Source of the DNA: Candidatus Aenigmatarchaeota archaeon | GTDB lineage: Archaea; Aenigmatarchaeota; Aenigmatarchaeia; QMZP01 | NCBI GenBank assembly: GCA_015520105.1 | Contig: WAQT01000033.1 | Location: forward strand, 1-39,598 | DNA: 39,598 nucleotides | Reading direction: 5' to 3' | Shown here: piece by piece, positions 36,848 through 39,598 of the stretch | Position numbering within the stretch: the first letter of the stretch is position 1 | Layout: every line of letters starts with the position of its first letter | Notes under the pieces: generated by a model | Told to the model about the DNA's origin: nothing | Database searches by the model: none | Seen by the model: the letters and a program-made list of their open reading frames with translations, nothing else | Made by a program: the position numbers and the translations under genes

Positions 36848-36897
36848 TCTTCCTGATAACGATTCTGGTAACGCTGTTTTACGGAAACCTGATGGGG
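36848..36897 (+). repeat. 50-bp direct repeat, copy 2 (displaced peptidase 3' end)
   Basis: Identical to 36025-36074; continues with an alternative end (GLFVV-stop vs GMFLI-stop). Confidence 0.92.
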
Positions 36898-36956
36898 CTG
36901 TTTGTGGTGTGAAGAGATGGTATATTTTTATATAATATGAGATAAAAATATATCAT

Positions 36957-37502
36957 ATGATACAAAATTATAGCACATGGAGAGTGTTGAGGGTGTTTTT
37001 TGATGACCCTCTTCCAGAAGAGGGGTTCACGGAAAGGTGGATATCCAGACAGGCAGGCCTATCGCTTCCGTCTGTAAGGCTCCACCTTAAGAAACTCTGT
37101 GATGAAGGAAAAGAGGGATTCCCGTTGGTGAAGAAATATCCGGGAATTTCCTATCCTGTGTACAGAGCAAACAGGGACAACGAACTGTTCAGGTTTTATA
37201 AAAAAATGGACATGCTGTTCAGGTTGAAAGAATGCGGACTTGCAGAATTCCTGTGGGAAGAATGTTCCCCTCATGTTGTTGTGCTCTTCGGGTCTGCATC
37301 AAGGGGTGAAGATATAAAAGGAAGCGATGCGGATATCTTTGTTGCTGGAAAGGAGAAAGAACTCGACCTGAAAAGGTTCGAGGATGCGCTGAAGAGAAAA
37401 ATAAATCTGCATTTCTGCAGGGATATAAACAGGCTTCCGAAAGAACTGAGAAATAACATAATCAATGGCATCGTGCTTATGGGATATCTGAAGGTGTTCT
37501 GA
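36957..37502 (+). CDS. wHTH plus nucleotidyltransferase domain protein
   Basis: N-terminal HTH (ERWISRQAGLSLPSVRLHLKKL) and VLFGSASRGED..SDADIFV. Confidence 0.85.
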   Translation: MIQNYSTWRVLRVFFDDPLPEEGFTERWISRQAGLSLPSVRLHLKKLCDEGKEGFPLVKKYPGISYPVYRANRDNELFRFYKKMDMLFRLKECGLAEFLWEECSPHVVVLFGSASRGEDIKGSDADIFVAGKEKELDLKRFEDALKRKINLHFCRDINRLPKELRNNIINGIVLMGYLKVF

Positions 37503-37915
37503 TGGGTGGGGTTATCTCATGCACGCCGGACAGAGAGAGGGCAAGAAGCCTTCTTGAAATGGCGGATCTGAGAATGGAAACAATAAACCTTATGAAAGAG
37601 AATCCCGACAGGTTTGCCTCAAAGATAGTAGAAGAGTATTATGAAGCGGTTCTTGAATTGATAACCGCGATTATGTGCATGGACGGATTTAAGGTGAAAA
37701 GCGATTCTCCGGGTTCCCATATTGCAAGCATAGAATATATGAGAAGATATCCTGAAATTGGAGAAAGCGAAATCCATCTCATCAATGACCTGAGAAAGAA
37801 GAGAATAGGAATAAAGTACTACGGGCGTCATGTGAGCAGGGACTATCTTGAGGCAAAGGAGAAAATGATAACAGATGTGATAGAGAAGCTGAAAAAGATG
37901 TGCAAGAAGAACTAA
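37502..37915 (+). CDS. HEPN-like protein, partner of the upstream MNT
   Basis: Translationally coupled (TGATG); YYEAVLE, SH, LRKKRIGIKYYG pattern. Confidence 0.65.
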   Translation: MGGVISCTPDRERARSLLEMADLRMETINLMKENPDRFASKIVEEYYEAVLELITAIMCMDGFKVKSDSPGSHIASIEYMRRYPEIGESEIHLINDLRKKRIGIKYYGRHVSRDYLEAKEKMITDVIEKLKKMCKKN

Positions 37916-37947
37916 GTTGGATTGTTGTGGCGTGAGTGCTGTGTCAA

Positions 37948-38310
37948 TCAGAGCTTCCGGGTTTCCGTCTCTTTCTCGGAGGCGCTCTCCTTCTCAGGAT
38001 ATAACCATACACCCTCCCTCTGCAGGTTGAGCAGTATTCCTCGGCTGTTTCTCAGCCTTTCCCATTCCGCGGGTGTGTAGCACAGAACATCGAGGCCTTC
38101 CGGCCTGTCCCACCACTCAAGGACCCTCGATGCTCTTGCAGGAAACCTGACTCCAGAAAACTCTTCTGAGACAATAACAAAGTCGAAATCGCTTGCGACG
38201 AAGTTATCGCCTCTCGCCCGGCTGCCGAAGAGTATGATGTTTTTTGCATTTATTCTTCTTCTCACTTTCTCCGCGAATCGTTTCGCAATCACAGATGTTT
38301 GCCTATCCAT
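37948..38310 (-). CDS. Minimal nucleotidyltransferase (orphan MNT)
   Basis: IILFGSRARGD...SDFDFVIVS...LDVLCYTPAEW. Confidence 0.88.
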   Translation of the reverse strand: MDRQTSVIAKRFAEKVRRRINAKNIILFGSRARGDNFVASDFDFVIVSEEFSGVRFPARASRVLEWWDRPEGLDVLCYTPAEWERLRNSRGILLNLQREGVWLYPEKESASEKETETRKL

Positions 38311-38436
38311 TCTATCATTGAGCTCCGCCTTTGCCTATCTCTTGGTTCAGATGCTTAAAAAACATTGCGCAACGCTCATGCGGCATCCCTCGTGATGTTC
38401 CTGCGTTGCTCAATTATACGCGATCTTTCGTTTATG

Positions 38437-39171
38437 TCAGATTCTTCCTGTAAGCGAGCGGTAAAGGTCCTTTCTTCGCGGGCCGAACGGGTCGTGGCAC
38501 AGCTCGTATCGAACCCAGAACGTGTCCACAGATTCGGCCACCTTTCCGTATCCGTCCCTTATGGCATCAAGTACAGGATCTGTTTCTCCCTTTCCCAGCT
38601 CTCTCGCCAGCGAGAAGACAGAAAGCCATTCCAGGTCCCAGAGGTCGAGCTTCTGTTTCTCCCGCTTTTCGTTCTCCTTGAAATCGTGCTCAAGGTCGAA
38701 CACATAAATATCGCCGCTGTATGAGAGTCCGAAGTTCTGGGGCCCCGGGCATCCGTGAGAGTCTATCTCCTCATGGACTGCTCTCAGCACATAGGCGCAG
38801 TCCCTCACGAGGCCAAGCTTTTCTTCTCTGTCTCTAGAAGGGTCCTCGAGAATATCCCTTACGTTCTCCATATCGATTCTCTCAAATATGTTGTATCTTG
38901 AGTGCTCGTCATGAACGAGTATTCTTGGCGTTCTGACCGAACCGGAGCTGTAAAGCACGTCAGATTTTTCTTTCTCCCTTCTGCATCTCTCGGAGACAGA
39001 GGCAAGATCGTTTGTATGAAGAAGGTACGTTATTGCCGGAGACCACAACACTCTGTTTCTCGGGTCTATCTTAAGCTGTTTGTATCTCTTGGTCACGATG
39101 CCCTTTCCAAACTCTATGCTGTTCGTGTAAGAGTGTCTCGGGACAGCGTCATCCGGAATTTCATTATTCAT
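38437..39171 (-). CDS. Protein-kinase-like fold protein (RIO/Bud32/Kdo-like)
   Basis: VTKRY, RREKE, VRTPRIL, LRAVH...HGCPGPQNF, YVFDLE, DLWDL; start set to ATG 39171. Confidence 0.65.
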   Translation of the reverse strand: MNNEIPDDAVPRHSYTNSIEFGKGIVTKRYKQLKIDPRNRVLWSPAITYLLHTNDLASVSERCRREKEKSDVLYSSGSVRTPRILVHDEHSRYNIFERIDMENVRDILEDPSRDREEKLGLVRDCAYVLRAVHEEIDSHGCPGPQNFGLSYSGDIYVFDLEHDFKENEKREKQKLDLWDLEWLSVFSLARELGKGETDPVLDAIRDGYGKVAESVDTFWVRYELCHDPFGPRRKDLYRSLTGRI

Positions 39172-39303
39172 ATTCACTAATTGGTAGTCATATATAAATA
39201 CTTTTAACTGTTCCAGATTCGGTAATTTCGCATCACAAACAACGCGCGGCCGCAAGCGGCAAGATGTTATTTATTTGGCCGGGAATAATTATAAACGGTG
39301 AGA

Positions 39304-39598
39304 ATGGCTGATGCGGATTTTAACGACTCTATTGGTATCATTGACGAGGAACACGATTATAAAGCAACTGTTGAGAAGCGTTTCAGATTCTCTCCAAGAA
39401 AGAATACTCTGAGAATACTACTGCTCACTATACCACTGAGCATTCCGGCAGGCGCAGCGATAATGCCACAGAGACTGTTTTTTGGGCTCTTAAGAAAGGG
39501 GTTTGATGTAAAAGTGATAACGCATTGGTGGGATTGTGGTTTTGAGCCACTTGTCCGTTATTCTGTAATCGGCAAGGAAGGGTATAAAACATTCTTTG
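39304..39598 (+). CDS. Hypothetical protein (3'-truncated by window edge)
   Basis: SD GGTGA before ATG; open to the window end (MADADFNDSIGIIDEEHDYK...). Confidence 0.6.
   Translation, partial: MADADFNDSIGIIDEEHDYKATVEKRFRFSPRKNTLRILLLTIPLSIPAGAAIMPQRLFFGLLRKGFDVKVITHWWDCGFEPLVRYSVIGKEGYKTFF

Noticed and set aside
1-39598. CRISPR array, rRNA, integrase or transposase
   Set aside because: No regularly spaced repeats, rRNA-like sequence or recombinase/transposase motifs were seen

Overview
Archaeal chromosomal window. The gene content and compact layout resemble DPANN lineages (possibly Aenigmatarchaeota); this taxonomy is inference. Housekeeping genes include MCM, LrpA with rubrerythrin and superoxide reductase, GluRS, ProRS, Lhr, a metallophosphoesterase, HerA, OapA/OapB, ribose-1,5-bisphosphate isomerase, the rpoH-B''-B'-A'-A'' operon, TrmB and a prepilin peptidase. 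Four things stand out. (1) Three tRNA genes are all intron-interrupted: tRNA-Lys(UUU) spans 303 nt with three introns and a 7-nt anticodon micro-exon, tRNA-Asp(GUC) has two introns and tRNA-Arg(UCG) has a D-loop intron; three introns share a GCTTCCGC-centred element. (2) Two tiny integrase-less cassettes carrying nucleotidyltransferase (MNT)/HEPN genes are bounded by target-site direct repeats, one at the tRNA-Arg 3' end and one at the prepilin peptidase 3' end. (3) rpoH has no ATG/GTG/TTG and appears to start at ATA. (4) The GluRS HIGH motif reads NISQ. All calls come from reading the sequence by eye; no searches were run.
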